DNA from: a phage
NCBI GenBank assembly: GCA_029220445.1
Contig: GCA_029220445.1_3666.1
Strand: one strand, 5' to 3'
DNA: 64,000 nucleotides
Shown: positions 8,958 to 19,170 of the stretch, in pieces
How the letters are laid out: the number at the start of each line of letters is the position of its first letter
Position numbering within the stretch: the first letter of the stretch is position 1
Notes under the pieces: model-generated
What the model saw: only the letters and a program-made list of their open reading frames with translations
The model's database searches: none
What the model was told of the DNA's origin: nothing
Program-made: the position numbers and the translations under genes

Positions 8958-9746
8958 TTACTCGGAAACAGGGGTCCAAATATGATTTGCACGATCCTCT
9001 ATAAGATTGAGAGCAATCTGACGACCCAACCCGGAACGAACGACATCGTCTGGACTATCAAAGCTGATCATTCCAACCTCGGGATCTGGATGACGAGTAA
9101 AGAAATCCGTCACCCATGCAAGGCCAGATTTACCAGGGATGTCACGTTGGCTATTATCGCCCATAATTACAAGGGTGGCCTGATCAGAGATCCTTGTGAT
9201 AATTGACAACATTTCTTCAGGGTTAGTTTGCTGTGCCTCGTCAATCAGGACAAAGCATCGCTCATCGAAACTACGACCACGAATGCTTTCAACCTCACAA
9301 ATCTCGATACGGCTGTTCTGACCGTCTCCCAGCATTGCGGCAAAAGCACCTTTGCCAACACGACGACAAATCGTGTCCATCATGCTTCGAAGATAGGGCC
9401 ACAGTTTCTGCATTGCATTTCCAGGTTTAAATCCTGAAGTCTTTCCTGTCTGAACGTAAGGACGTGCAACAATGATCTTATCAATCTCGTTCTTACGCAG
9501 AAGATCACCTGCATATGCAGATGCCATGAATGTCTTACCGGATCCAAACACACCGTTTACAATAATAATCTTACGTGACCCTAGATAATCAAGATACTTT
9601 TGCTGCTTCTTATTCATTGGTCTGAGAGCTGGAGCGGTGTGCTCTCTTTCGTCAGCAAATTTCTCAGCAGCCTTACGCAGGCGATCAGATTTGCGAGCCT
9701 CTCTAGCCTCATCACGCATGCGTTTTGTTTCTTTAGCTCGACCCAT
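8958..9746 (-). CDS. phoH: PhoH-like ATPase
   Basis: Walker A GVFGSGKT and characteristic PhoH core (IVARPYVQTGKTSGFKPG, VLIDEAQ). Confidence 0.85.
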   Translation of the reverse strand: MGRAKETKRMRDEAREARKSDRLRKAAEKFADEREHTAPALRPMNKKQQKYLDYLGSRKIIIVNGVFGSGKTFMASAYAGDLLRKNEIDKIIVARPYVQTGKTSGFKPGNAMQKLWPYLRSMMDTICRRVGKGAFAAMLGDGQNSRIEICEVESIRGRSFDERCFVLIDEAQQTNPEEMLSIITRISDQATLVIMGDNSQRDIPGKSGLAWVTDFFTRHPDPEVGMISFDSPDDVVRSGLGRQIALNLIEDRANHIWTPVSE

Positions 9747-9784
9747 GTTGGTACTCCTTTCAGATTGAGATGTGCCAAGTACTT

Positions 9785-10135
9785 TTACTGCAACAGTTTT
9801 TCAATAGCCGCTTCCATGCTGCTTGCAACAGCCTGAACTCGGATATTCATCTCTTCTTGGTGGATCAGCTCCTTAAGCTCTTTAATGGTAAATTCTTTAG
9901 AGAAACCTTCCACCATAATCTTGTGCAAGGCTTCTTGCGTGTCTACTTGCAAGAACTTTTCCAGTTTGTTGGCAGAGGCTTCTAAATCAGCCCGAATACG
10001 AGGGTCATCTGTGCGATTCAGCATTAGACGTAAGCCATCGAGATTAGTAGAAATAGCGTCTGCATGTTGAGTAACTAACCGTGGCAAAATGAGATCTACA
10101 AACTTATTAGCCAAATCGATACGTTCTTGTGTCAC
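9785..10135 (-). CDS. hypothetical protein
   Basis: 116-aa helical ORF. Confidence 0.45.
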   Translation of the reverse strand: MTQERIDLANKFVDLILPRLVTQHADAISTNLDGLRLMLNRTDDPRIRADLEASANKLEKFLQVDTQEALHKIMVEGFSKEFTIKELKELIHQEEMNIRVQAVASSMEAAIEKLLQ

Positions 10136-10307
10136 TGTTGCACCCCCTCTTCATCCTCATGATATTTCTTTTCGCGCTTGTGTTTTTTCTTAAGCTCAAG
10201 CGCAATCTCTTTTTTGTACGCCTTCTTCAAGGCTTTTTTAGCCATTTGGCACCTCCTCTGCTTTCATTACGCTAATTATAACCAACTTAACAAAGCTTTG
10301 TCAACAA

Positions 10308-10781
10308 TTAGTCAACCTGAACCCAACCATCTGCTGCCTTTTTAAACATTCTTTGGTTATCACTACCTCTGAAGGGTTTTTTGGTGGGGTTATCTTTTTC
10401 GTACTTACCATCCATAATGTAATCGACACTATCTTTAATGTAATCGGGAACCTCTTCAAACAAATACCCTGTGTACACCCAGATAGTTTTTGTGTTGCCG
10501 AAGTGTTCACGGATAGCGCGAATGATCGAGTACATACCATCAATATTGTAAGGCGCTAAAGGTTCGCCACCGCATAATGTAACGCCAGTAATGTGTTTCG
10601 GCTCTATAGAGTGAAGTATGCTCTCAATAGTGTCATTTGTTAACGGTTCCCCTTTAGCTGGTGACCAAACACTTTTGTTTTGGCAACCGACGCAGTGATG
10701 TGGGCAACCAGAACAGAACACCGTTGTCCTAATGCCTGGGCCGTCAACCATGCTACACTCTATAATATTAACAACATTCAT
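10308..10781 (-). CDS. nrdG: anaerobic ribonucleotide reductase activating protein (radical SAM)
   Basis: N-terminal Cys cluster VFCSGCPHHCVGC typical of NrdG activases; sits next to nrdD. Confidence 0.85.
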   Translation of the reverse strand: MNVVNIIECSMVDGPGIRTTVFCSGCPHHCVGCQNKSVWSPAKGEPLTNDTIESILHSIEPKHITGVTLCGGEPLAPYNIDGMYSIIRAIREHFGNTKTIWVYTGYLFEEVPDYIKDSVDYIMDGKYEKDNPTKKPFRGSDNQRMFKKAADGWVQVD

Positions 10782-11014
10782 TCCTTATCCTCTTTTAGGT
10801 AAGGATATTCAGGCCCACAATAAGCTCTATCCAAGAAAACAGCTTCTTCCCCTCTGGAATCAGTAGATCTATAATACCCATCACCATGGTAACTAACGAA
10901 CCAGTGGCACCCATCATCGCTTTCTACTGTTGTGGCTCTGTCCGAATGAAAGATAATTTCGTAATCCTTACCGAATGTAAACCATCTGTTAGCTTTTACA
11001 CAGACACCTATCAT
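10778..11014 (-). CDS. hypothetical protein
   Basis: 78-aa ORF overlapping nrdG start by 4 nt. Confidence 0.4.
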   Translation of the reverse strand: MIGVCVKANRWFTFGKDYEIIFHSDRATTVESDDGCHWFVSYHGDGYYRSTDSRGEEAVFLDRAYCGPEYPYLKEDKE

Positions 11015-11165
11015 AAGGAACCTCTCTTCTGTGATGTGCTTCTATTCAAGATAAACCTATAAAAGTCCATTTGATGAAGCCGTATAACTTTTTATACTTA
11101 CGCTTCAGTGCTAACAATTTTATCTTGATTTTCTTGATAGATTTCCGCATTTCGACCCCTTATGC

Positions 11166-11282
11166 TTATAAGTACTCCGCATCGCATTCAGGGCAATGAC
11201 AAATAAAATCGTCCAGTGCCTTGCACCAACGAAGATTGCAACGACAACCACACTTGCAAATTTTATAAATACCTGATGACAT
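11166..11282 (-). CDS. 38-aa cysteine-rich small ORF (possible zinc-binding peptide)
   Basis: ATG at 11282 preceded by GGAGGTG; MSSGIYKICKCGCRCNLRWCKALDDFICHCPECDAEYL has 8 Cys and 1 His; below the 60-aa track cutoff. Confidence 0.3.
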   Translation of the reverse strand: MSSGIYKICKCGCRCNLRWCKALDDFICHCPECDAEYL

Positions 11283-11334
11283 ACTGCACCTCCTTAGTTA
11301 ATAGCATGTTTAAGATATGCATATCTTTCTACAA

Positions 11335-12462
11335 TCATTTACCACAAATCTTCTTGTATACCTCTTCTACCGTGTCAAACACTTCAGGCCTGTAGTAGAA
11401 AAACTCAGTGCTACCGTCAAATTTTACAGGAAAGTTTATTTTATACTTGCTGAAGGCCTTATGCACAGATTTTTCTAAATCTGCCATGTTTTGAGTTGAT
11501 CCTTCCCACGTTTTCGCCAGGTAGAGATCATAAATACCTGCCCCTGCCCTTTTGGCACTTTTCAATATCCTATCTTTTCTCTCTTCGACACTGACGCTAA
11601 TACCGATCTTCATAAGTGTTGGTACTTCTAAGTCATCAACCATAATGTAAAGTTTGCCGTGATTGTACGATAAAAAGCCGTAGTTAGCACATCTAGGGCA
11701 CCCATGTCCTTGCTTGAGCCTAATAGGAGCAGGAGACCATTCATAATCACAAATCTTACATCTACATAATACTTTTGCACTACCGTTTTTAATTTTTCCA
11801 AGCACTTTAATACTTGGATTGACAACCTTTATATGCCCTACCCATTCCACATGGGATCTCTTTGCATTGCCTTTACATCTAGGACACCCATGCCCTCGTT
11901 TAAGATGGGATGGTCTTGCTAGCCATTCATGACTGCAAATTTTGCATCGTGCCAATACTGGTGTATCGCTATTTTTAACTCTTTCTACTATTTCAATATA
12001 TGTATTTTTCTTCGTTATGTCCTCGACCCACTCGGTATGGGCTATAGCTCTGCTTTGTGCGAATTTTAGCTTGCCGCATCTAGGGCACCCATGTCCTTGT
12101 TTAAGAAGATAAGGCATTGCTGACCATTCATGACTGCAAATTTTGCAGCGGCACGGCACTTTTGTTCTGCAGCTTATTATTTCTCCAATCACTTCGACAT
12201 AAGGATTGACCTCTTGGATAACATTCAACCACTCCTTGTGTGGTATAATGTGGCTTTGTGCCATTTTTAGCTTTCCACATTCCCGGCAGCCTCGTCCTGC
12301 AAGGTGTTGGTGGGTAGCTTGTTCAAATTCTCCATGATATGGGCAGATAATTATAACCTTGGTGCAGGCATTTACATACTCAACCTTAGAGTAATCATAC
12401 TTATCTCCATGAACTGCTTTTGCCTTCTTTATAAACTCATCTGTTGTAAGTTTTCTGGACAC
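11335..12462 (-). CDS. free-standing putative homing endonuclease: three zinc-ribbon repeats plus C-terminal GIY-YIG/T5orf172-like domain
   Basis: three repeats of CxICxHEW...KxGHGCPRC; C-terminal LYIMVDD...KIGIS...ERKDRI resembles a GIY-YIG core; inserted between nrdG and nrdD. Confidence 0.6.
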   Translation of the reverse strand: MSRKLTTDEFIKKAKAVHGDKYDYSKVEYVNACTKVIIICPYHGEFEQATHQHLAGRGCRECGKLKMAQSHIIPHKEWLNVIQEVNPYVEVIGEIISCRTKVPCRCKICSHEWSAMPYLLKQGHGCPRCGKLKFAQSRAIAHTEWVEDITKKNTYIEIVERVKNSDTPVLARCKICSHEWLARPSHLKRGHGCPRCKGNAKRSHVEWVGHIKVVNPSIKVLGKIKNGSAKVLCRCKICDYEWSPAPIRLKQGHGCPRCANYGFLSYNHGKLYIMVDDLEVPTLMKIGISVSVEERKDRILKSAKRAGAGIYDLYLAKTWEGSTQNMADLEKSVHKAFSKYKINFPVKFDGSTEFFYYRPEVFDTVEEVYKKICGK

Positions 12463-12528
12463 TGCTGAACCTTCTTAGCTCTAATCTTTGAACTAAGTGT
12501 GCCACATCCTTGTGGCTTTTGTCAAGTA

Positions 12529-14652
12529 TCAGCAACCACAACTTCCGTAGTGCTTAACCCGTTCTATAACTTCCGCTTGCTTACCTTTATTGTAAGGACG
12601 GGAGTTAGGACTGGAAAGGTATCCAGACACTCTTCGGATCACTGAGATATATTGTTCATCGTGGCATCCGCACGCAGGGCAGCAGAACCCTTTAGCTGTT
12701 GCACTGAACTCACCAGAGAAACCACACTTGAGACATTTATCCACAGGTTGGTTAATACCAAAATACATAATGTGTTTATACCCGAAGTCAACAAGAGCCT
12801 CTAAAGCATCAAGGTTGTTTTTCAGGTTAGGTGTCTCTACGTATCCGATGTTGCCACCGGAGGAGATCATAGCAAAACCTTCCTCATACTCCCACTTATC
12901 AAAAGGAGAGCTATTGATCCATACTGGCTGATGGAAACTGTTGGTGAGATATTCATGCTCGTGCTTTAACACTTCTGGATATTCACGATCCAGACAGGTT
13001 GCAGCTTTATAGCATAGACTCTCAGAAGGAGTGCCGTACAAGCTAAATGCTAGTCTACTTTCCTTCTTGTATCGCTCACAAGCATCTCTCATGTGCTGAA
13101 GGATTCCAAGAGCTAAAGCCTTGTCACCTTCTCTGCCCAAAATCTGACAGGTTTCATACACACCAATGTACCCAATGCTGATGGAAGCGTACCCGTCATA
13201 GAAGAGTTTATCAATACTCTCTTCAGGGTCCAGGCGAGCAAGAGCGCCTTCACACCACATGATAGGGTTCTGCCCTGCCTTTGTCCCTTTTAGACGATTA
13301 ACCCTTACAAGGTGAGCCTCGTATGCAAGATCCAGGTATTCGTCAAGAACTGCAAAGAAATCAACACCTTCCGTTTTAGCTTTTGCCGCAATCATTGGCA
13401 GGTTAAGGCTAACAACGCCTAAGTTAAATCTGCCAAGGTATTTCTCCTCGCCTGTTTCCAAGTCATTGTATTTGCTAAGAAAACTCCGGCAACCCATGCT
13501 CGTTACTTTACCATCTGTCGAGCCTGTCACTTTACGATTTAGTGGAACAGAAACAAAGTCAGGATAAATCCGCTCTGCAGAGCATTCCAGAGCTAATCGT
13601 TTCAAATCATAGTTAGGATCTCCAGGGTTCATGTTGACACCCTCTTCTAGGAAGAACAACACTTTAGGGAACACAGGTGTGATACGTTCTTCACCAAGAC
13701 CCATTTTGTGGACTTTCAAGTAGTTTTTGGTAATCATTCTACCAAAGACTGAGGTGTCCAGACCTAAACTTAATGTGATGAATGGGGTTTGCCCGTTGAC
13801 AGAAGTTAACGTATTGATTTGATAGAGCAAAGTCTGCATGCTGTCAAATACGTCTTTATCTGTCATCTGCATTGCAACAGTCTCAGCATCTGGCAACCAA
13901 TGTTCCTGGCAAAATTTAAGGTTCTTCTCATAAGTCGCCTCAGCATACTGTGCCAGATAATGATCAATATGGCTCATAGTCTGACCCCCATATTGAGCAC
14001 TAGCTACCGCACTAGAGATTTGGCTAAGGATTGTTGTTGCAACCCCTATTGACTTCGGCTTACTGACATGGGCGTTACCAATGTTGAATCCGTTTTCCAA
14101 CATATCTGGATAATTTACCAAACAACAGTTTGTTAACGGACTGATCAAGTAGTCAAGATCATGCACATGGATGAAGCCTTTATTGTGCTCTTCTGAGACA
14201 CGGTCTGGCAGGATCTGTGTTGATGCAAGGTGTTTGCTAAGGATGCCTGCAAGCAGGTCACGATGAGTGTGTACATGATTGGTAGGCTTATTTGCGTTTT
14301 CTTTTGTAAATTCATCACAAGTTCGATCCAAGAAGCCACTAATATCTGCAAGCAGTTTTCCACCTGCCTCTCTGTTATTATCTCTTGTCTGTCTATACTG
14401 GATGTATTCTCTGGCTGCACATTTTAAACCCATATCCATAAGAGCATCTTCAACAAGGATATGGATATTTTTTACAGAGATCGTGCACTGGTCGGTTGGT
14501 AGATTGTTAGCAACAACTTCATTAACCGCACAAGCGATCCGGTAAGCTTCTTCTTCAGTATGTCCAGACTCAAGTAAGGCGGACTCTGCCGCCTTGATCA
14601 CCTTAATTCCGTTATAGACCTCTTCTCTACCGTCCCGTTTTACAACTTTCAC
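12529..14652 (-). CDS. nrdD: anaerobic ribonucleoside-triphosphate reductase (class III)
   Basis: C-terminal CxxC zinc site and glycyl-radical motif RVSGYL; 707 aa. Confidence 0.9.
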   Translation of the reverse strand: MKVVKRDGREEVYNGIKVIKAAESALLESGHTEEEAYRIACAVNEVVANNLPTDQCTISVKNIHILVEDALMDMGLKCAAREYIQYRQTRDNNREAGGKLLADISGFLDRTCDEFTKENANKPTNHVHTHRDLLAGILSKHLASTQILPDRVSEEHNKGFIHVHDLDYLISPLTNCCLVNYPDMLENGFNIGNAHVSKPKSIGVATTILSQISSAVASAQYGGQTMSHIDHYLAQYAEATYEKNLKFCQEHWLPDAETVAMQMTDKDVFDSMQTLLYQINTLTSVNGQTPFITLSLGLDTSVFGRMITKNYLKVHKMGLGEERITPVFPKVLFFLEEGVNMNPGDPNYDLKRLALECSAERIYPDFVSVPLNRKVTGSTDGKVTSMGCRSFLSKYNDLETGEEKYLGRFNLGVVSLNLPMIAAKAKTEGVDFFAVLDEYLDLAYEAHLVRVNRLKGTKAGQNPIMWCEGALARLDPEESIDKLFYDGYASISIGYIGVYETCQILGREGDKALALGILQHMRDACERYKKESRLAFSLYGTPSESLCYKAATCLDREYPEVLKHEHEYLTNSFHQPVWINSSPFDKWEYEEGFAMISSGGNIGYVETPNLKNNLDALEALVDFGYKHIMYFGINQPVDKCLKCGFSGEFSATAKGFCCPACGCHDEQYISVIRRVSGYLSSPNSRPYNKGKQAEVIERVKHYGSCGC

Positions 14653-14927
14653 TTTTTCTCTCCAAAACCATTCTTAACAAAAGAGATGAAATCGTCGGCA
14701 CCGCCTATATGGACACTTTCAAGATTGCTTTCTAAGAAGATCTGCGGCAACGTTCTGGGTACGATTGGACTGCACTTCTCAATAAGCTCTTCTTTTGTGT
14801 AACCCTCGCCAAGTGTCTTATATACAAAAGGCAGACCTTTACTGACTGCAAATTCTTTTGCTCTTACACAATGTGGGCAGTTATCTTTACCGTAAATAAT
14901 AAAGAAAAAAGATTTTTCACAGCTCAT
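14649..14927 (-). CDS. glutaredoxin-like redoxin
   Basis: CPHCVRAKEF active site in a 92-aa protein between nrdD and nrdB. Confidence 0.75.
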   Translation of the reverse strand: MSCEKSFFFIIYGKDNCPHCVRAKEFAVSKGLPFVYKTLGEGYTKEELIEKCSPIVPRTLPQIFLESNLESVHIGGADDFISFVKNGFGEKK

Positions 14928-14930
14928 GTA

Positions 14931-16019
14931 TTAAAACTCCCAAATTTCTTCTTCAGCGTCATTAACAGTTGTGTTGACGCGGTAGTCAGTGTTCGACATT
15001 TCTTGGTTCGCCGTCTGTTGCAATGAAGGTTTCATCCACACCTGCATAAACGGTAGAGGGTCCTTTGTTGGCGGCACAAAGTCTTTGTCGATGCCGTAGT
15101 AATCATAAATCGGTGAGCAGTTATAGTCAACCCATTCTTTAAGCAACGGTGAGTTAAGACCTATAATCGCTCTTCCTTCGCTGAAAATATAGTCACTCCA
15201 ACCGTACTCTTTGGTTCGTACTTCATCAAGAATCTCTTTTAACTCCCCTTTTATCTCAAGGAAGCTTTTCTCCCATGCTGGATCATTAAGCAGGATATCA
15301 ATGATGGCAAAATCACCTTTCGAGTGTAGCATTTCGTCAAGCATGATTTTTTGAACAAGCTGCGCCACCTGAACAAAAATACCCTGTTCAGCTACTGCGA
15401 AAGTGCATGCAAAACTTGCAATAAACTCAATACTTTCCAGAGCTAAAAGTGCAAAAAGCGCTCTAAGAATGCATTTCCGCACAATATCTTCTTCAACACT
15501 AGAAGGATCCAGTCGGTATTTTGCACCAATAACCTCAAGCTCTTGCATGTACTTGACAATAACGCCAGATCTGCTCAGAACGTTTTGGTTTTCCTGAATC
15601 TCTTCTATAATCTCACGGGCATTGGGGAGGCATTGTCTAACAATCTCTGAGTAAGTTAGTGCGTGAAGAACTTCAATCTCTGACTGTTTCATCAATAGAG
15701 TGAAAAGCTCACTATTAGTGATGAATGGTGAAAAGAGGCAGATGATCGATCTTGCCGCAACGCTATCAGCCTCCCATTGCCACATCAAGGTCTGCACCAT
15801 TACATCATAAGTTGACTTGGAGCATGTTACAAAATCTGAAATAGATTGCGACAAATCCACTTCATCCTCTGCCCAGTCTTGTTCTTTTTGTTTTTTGTAC
15901 AGTTCGAACAGTTGTGGATATTTTTTGTTGATAGAGTCGTACATACCCATTTGCTGTCCCAGAAACAGCGGATAGTCACCAGTTTTATGAGCGGTGTTCT
16001 CAGCATTAAATACAGCCAT
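14931..16019 (-). CDS. nrdB: ribonucleotide reductase class Ia beta subunit
   Basis: ferritin-like R2 fold motifs; start moved to ATG at 16019 (MAVFNAENT, GAGGT upstream) from the track's 16079. Confidence 0.9.
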   Translation of the reverse strand: MAVFNAENTAHKTGDYPLFLGQQMGMYDSINKKYPQLFELYKKQKEQDWAEDEVDLSQSISDFVTCSKSTYDVMVQTLMWQWEADSVAARSIICLFSPFITNSELFTLLMKQSEIEVLHALTYSEIVRQCLPNAREIIEEIQENQNVLSRSGVIVKYMQELEVIGAKYRLDPSSVEEDIVRKCILRALFALLALESIEFIASFACTFAVAEQGIFVQVAQLVQKIMLDEMLHSKGDFAIIDILLNDPAWEKSFLEIKGELKEILDEVRTKEYGWSDYIFSEGRAIIGLNSPLLKEWVDYNCSPIYDYYGIDKDFVPPTKDPLPFMQVWMKPSLQQTANQEMSNTDYRVNTTVNDAEEEIWEF

Positions 16020-16057
16020 TATTCTACCTCTAAAATGGGGCCGAAGCCCCTTTAAAA

Positions 16058-18373
16058 TTATAGTGCACAGCTTTCGCAATACGGATCTTCAACTGAACTA
16101 TCTGCAATCAAAGGATAGTTCTTTCTGGTTTCATCTTCAGCCTGTTTCTTGGCATGAAGTTCCTCTGCCAAGGAGTCACCCGCACCAACCCTGGAGTTTA
16201 AATAATACCATGTCTTCATTCCGAATTTAGTGGCACGGATAAGGTACCCTAGCTGCTCCTTCATTGAAATTTTACCATCTTTCAACTTGGTGTAGTCTAT
16301 GTATAAATCCGCGCTGATTGCCTGACCTGTAAATTTTTGAATCACAGCATACATATCGATCATGTCGTTAGTATCAACGTCCCAAGCCGAGGTGTAATAC
16401 TCTTTCAACTCATCATAGTCAGGAACGATAAACAGCACCTGCCCTTGTGGCGACTTTTTAAAGATAATGTGCTCACGGACAGGATAAACCCCGTTAGTGG
16501 TGTTTGTTGCCAGCGAAGAGCTTTCATTAGGCATATATGCTTCAAGAACGCTATTACGTAGCCCACCATTTTCAATGATTTCTTTACGTAACCCTTCCCA
16601 ATCCTGTTTAAGAGAAGGATCTTTCACCACGCTATCGACCTCTTTGTTATAGGTGTCGATTGGTAACCAACCCTCCGGGTATTTTGTTTTATGCATCCAC
16701 TCACAGACACCACGCTCTTTTGCCAATCGTAAACTTGCCTTATGCAAACTGTAGCTGTGAAGTTCTGCAAGATCGTGAACAAGCTGTTTACTTTCAGGAG
16801 ATCCGTAAGTAACCTTGTGGCTGGCAATAAAATGTGCAACATTGGTAAGGCCAACTCCGATGGATCTGCGTTTTTTAACAGTGCTCTCCATATTTTCATA
16901 CGGATATGTCATGATTTCCATAACATTGTCAATCATAAGCACCGTGTAATATGCAACATCCTCATACTCCTCTGGGGTAACCCTTCCGGCTACAAGGGAT
17001 GACAGGAAGCACAATGCAACTTCGCCATCATCAACATCGTGCTTGAAGATATTACGCATATCTGAATAGCCTTTTGTCGGGAGGGCTATTTCTGCACACA
17101 GGTTACTTGAATAGATCACATCTTTAAAAGGTGTATGTCTATTCATCTCATCTGTCCAATATACGTACAGTCTTCCCACCTCGGTACGCTGCGTGATCAG
17201 CTCAACAGCAAGATCTCTAGCTCGGATCCATGTTTTAGGAATACTGTCATCTTTAGCGATACGATCAACCTCTGCATCAAACTCCTCCATAGACATGGTG
17301 AAGATACCCTCATGCAGTTGAGGAGCGTGCTTATAAGAAACAAGCATCCAATCTAAATTCTTAGCCACACGGTTGATAAACGACCTATTAATACCGATGG
17401 AGTAGTCCATGGTGTTGATTCTTTTTGAAGCAACAGTCATAGGGTTTCTCAAACGGATTAGCTCATCAATCTGCGGGTCCAGTGCAAGGAATGATACTGT
17501 TGCAGAACCGCCACGTGATTGTTGTCTGTTCTCCTTAACACCAGCATCAATACCTCGATAATATGGAATCTTACCCATATGTTTAATAGTGTTACCACGA
17601 ACACCATCGCCTGCAGATCTTGAGGATAAGTAGTAGCCGATACCTGCTTGGTTAACCGTCATTGTGTACGCAACTTCACGTGCCACACCAATAGATTTTG
17701 CTGTATCGTCAGCTTTTATTACACAACAAGATGCATACCCTGTCTTACCTGTGCGCAGCCCGTTTAAGTACGGTGTCGGGGCATTGATCTTTAAGTCGGA
17801 CAGATAAGTGTATAATTTTACAACATCGTTGATACGACGTTCTTTCGGCATATTCTTCATGACAGCCATTGCTATCCCCATAAACATCATCTGGGGAGAT
17901 TCAAACAAGGTGTCTTTAAGAGTATCCTTGATCCCGTATTTGTCGCGAAACTGTTTAAGGACTGCATAGCCATAACCGAGATCTTTACTGTGGTCAATAA
18001 CAGCGTCTAAAGTGTTTAGCTCGGTAAAGCTATAACCCATATCCTCCCAATAACCTTTCTCAACCATGTCATTGTAAAATGATGGTAAGGAAGGGATCTT
18101 TGTAAACCCTCCAAAAGCCTCTTTATAGATCTGACCAATAAGAACACGACCAGCCATACGGGAATGTGCTTCGTCTTTACGGCTAACACAAGAGTCTATA
18201 ATAGCTTGGTTAACTTCTTTGGTTGTACATCCATCATACAACCGCTTGTAGGCATCCAGTGCAATATGTGACCAATTGCCGTTACCGTCGTCACCGAAAA
18301 TAGCTGCCTTATTTAAACGTTCTGGATCGAATGCCACTTCACATCCGTTGCTTTTAATTACCTTGGTGATCAA
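16058..18373 (-). CDS. nrdA: ribonucleotide reductase class Ia alpha subunit
   Basis: 771 aa; ATP-cone-like N-terminus, NLCAEIALPT active-site loop, C-terminal redox cysteines. Confidence 0.9.
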   Translation of the reverse strand: MITKVIKSNGCEVAFDPERLNKAAIFGDDGNGNWSHIALDAYKRLYDGCTTKEVNQAIIDSCVSRKDEAHSRMAGRVLIGQIYKEAFGGFTKIPSLPSFYNDMVEKGYWEDMGYSFTELNTLDAVIDHSKDLGYGYAVLKQFRDKYGIKDTLKDTLFESPQMMFMGIAMAVMKNMPKERRINDVVKLYTYLSDLKINAPTPYLNGLRTGKTGYASCCVIKADDTAKSIGVAREVAYTMTVNQAGIGYYLSSRSAGDGVRGNTIKHMGKIPYYRGIDAGVKENRQQSRGGSATVSFLALDPQIDELIRLRNPMTVASKRINTMDYSIGINRSFINRVAKNLDWMLVSYKHAPQLHEGIFTMSMEEFDAEVDRIAKDDSIPKTWIRARDLAVELITQRTEVGRLYVYWTDEMNRHTPFKDVIYSSNLCAEIALPTKGYSDMRNIFKHDVDDGEVALCFLSSLVAGRVTPEEYEDVAYYTVLMIDNVMEIMTYPYENMESTVKKRRSIGVGLTNVAHFIASHKVTYGSPESKQLVHDLAELHSYSLHKASLRLAKERGVCEWMHKTKYPEGWLPIDTYNKEVDSVVKDPSLKQDWEGLRKEIIENGGLRNSVLEAYMPNESSSLATNTTNGVYPVREHIIFKKSPQGQVLFIVPDYDELKEYYTSAWDVDTNDMIDMYAVIQKFTGQAISADLYIDYTKLKDGKISMKEQLGYLIRATKFGMKTWYYLNSRVGAGDSLAEELHAKKQAEDETRKNYPLIADSSVEDPYCESCAL

Positions 18374-18678
18374 TTTGCTTCCTCCACTTCATTAACGTAT
18401 TTATCAAGGCAGGTATCAGTATCTTGCTGGATAAAGGTATCCTCTTCTACAGAGATATTTATAATTTTACCTGTATACTCGTCATAATAAACATCATCAT
18501 ACATTTTAATATCGTTTGTCAGGCCGTTGAACCAAAGCCAACCAACATACTCTGCCCGACTTGCAAAACCAAGATCCTTCCACTTGGAGTTATGACTCAT
18601 CTTCACCACCTTAGCTTTCAATACCGAATAATTTTTCCAGGCGATGCAGATCTTCAAAATTGAAAGGTTCATCAACAA
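18370..18678 (-). CDS. hypothetical protein
   Basis: 102-aa ORF overlapping nrdA start. Confidence 0.4.
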   Translation of the reverse strand: MLMNLSILKICIAWKNYSVLKAKVVKMSHNSKWKDLGFASRAEYVGWLWFNGLTNDIKMYDDVYYDEYTGKIINISVEEDTFIQQDTDTCLDKYVNEVEEAN

Positions 18679-19111
18679 TATGAATATCTTCAGCCTTTTC
18701 AGATTGTTTTGTATACTTTCTTACATTAACACGATCCTCTACAGGGATATCATACGGAAGATCTTGAACAAGCATTGCCTCACCGGGTGCTTTATCTACA
18801 TCTAAAATATCTACACCGTTATACATTTGCGGGTATCTAAAGTCTGCACGCATGACACCAGCAAATACATCTGCCTTTCGATAATGTGTTGGCTTATTTT
18901 TGCATCGAACGTTTTTTCCACGAAGAACATCAATACTTTTTAAATCAAACCCTACGGCAAAGAGTGCAGCTCGGAGACCGTTTCGTGTGCGAACGTTAAA
19001 CCCGGGAACGGTAGATAGGAAATCCAAAGTAACTGAAATAAATGTCTTTTTAGGAATCATAACATTACTCATATCTGTCTCCATTTCTGGCTCACTAACA
19101 AAGTGAGCCAT
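18611..19111 (-). CDS. hypothetical protein
   Basis: 166-aa ORF; true start may be internal because of overlap. Confidence 0.45.
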   Translation of the reverse strand: MAHFVSEPEMETDMSNVMIPKKTFISVTLDFLSTVPGFNVRTRNGLRAALFAVGFDLKSIDVLRGKNVRCKNKPTHYRKADVFAGVMRADFRYPQMYNGVDILDVDKAPGEAMLVQDLPYDIPVEDRVNVRKYTKQSEKAEDIHIVDEPFNFEDLHRLEKLFGIES

Positions 19112-19170
19112 TATTATAGATTATCTGATACTATTAGTCAACACAAAAGTTACCTATCGCTGTGATAGGA

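Noticed and set aside
12529-18373. Group I intron or intein inside nrdD, nrdB or nrdA
   Set aside because: All three reading frames are continuous and of normal length; the homing-endonuclease-like gene is free-standing in the nrdG-nrdD intergenic region.
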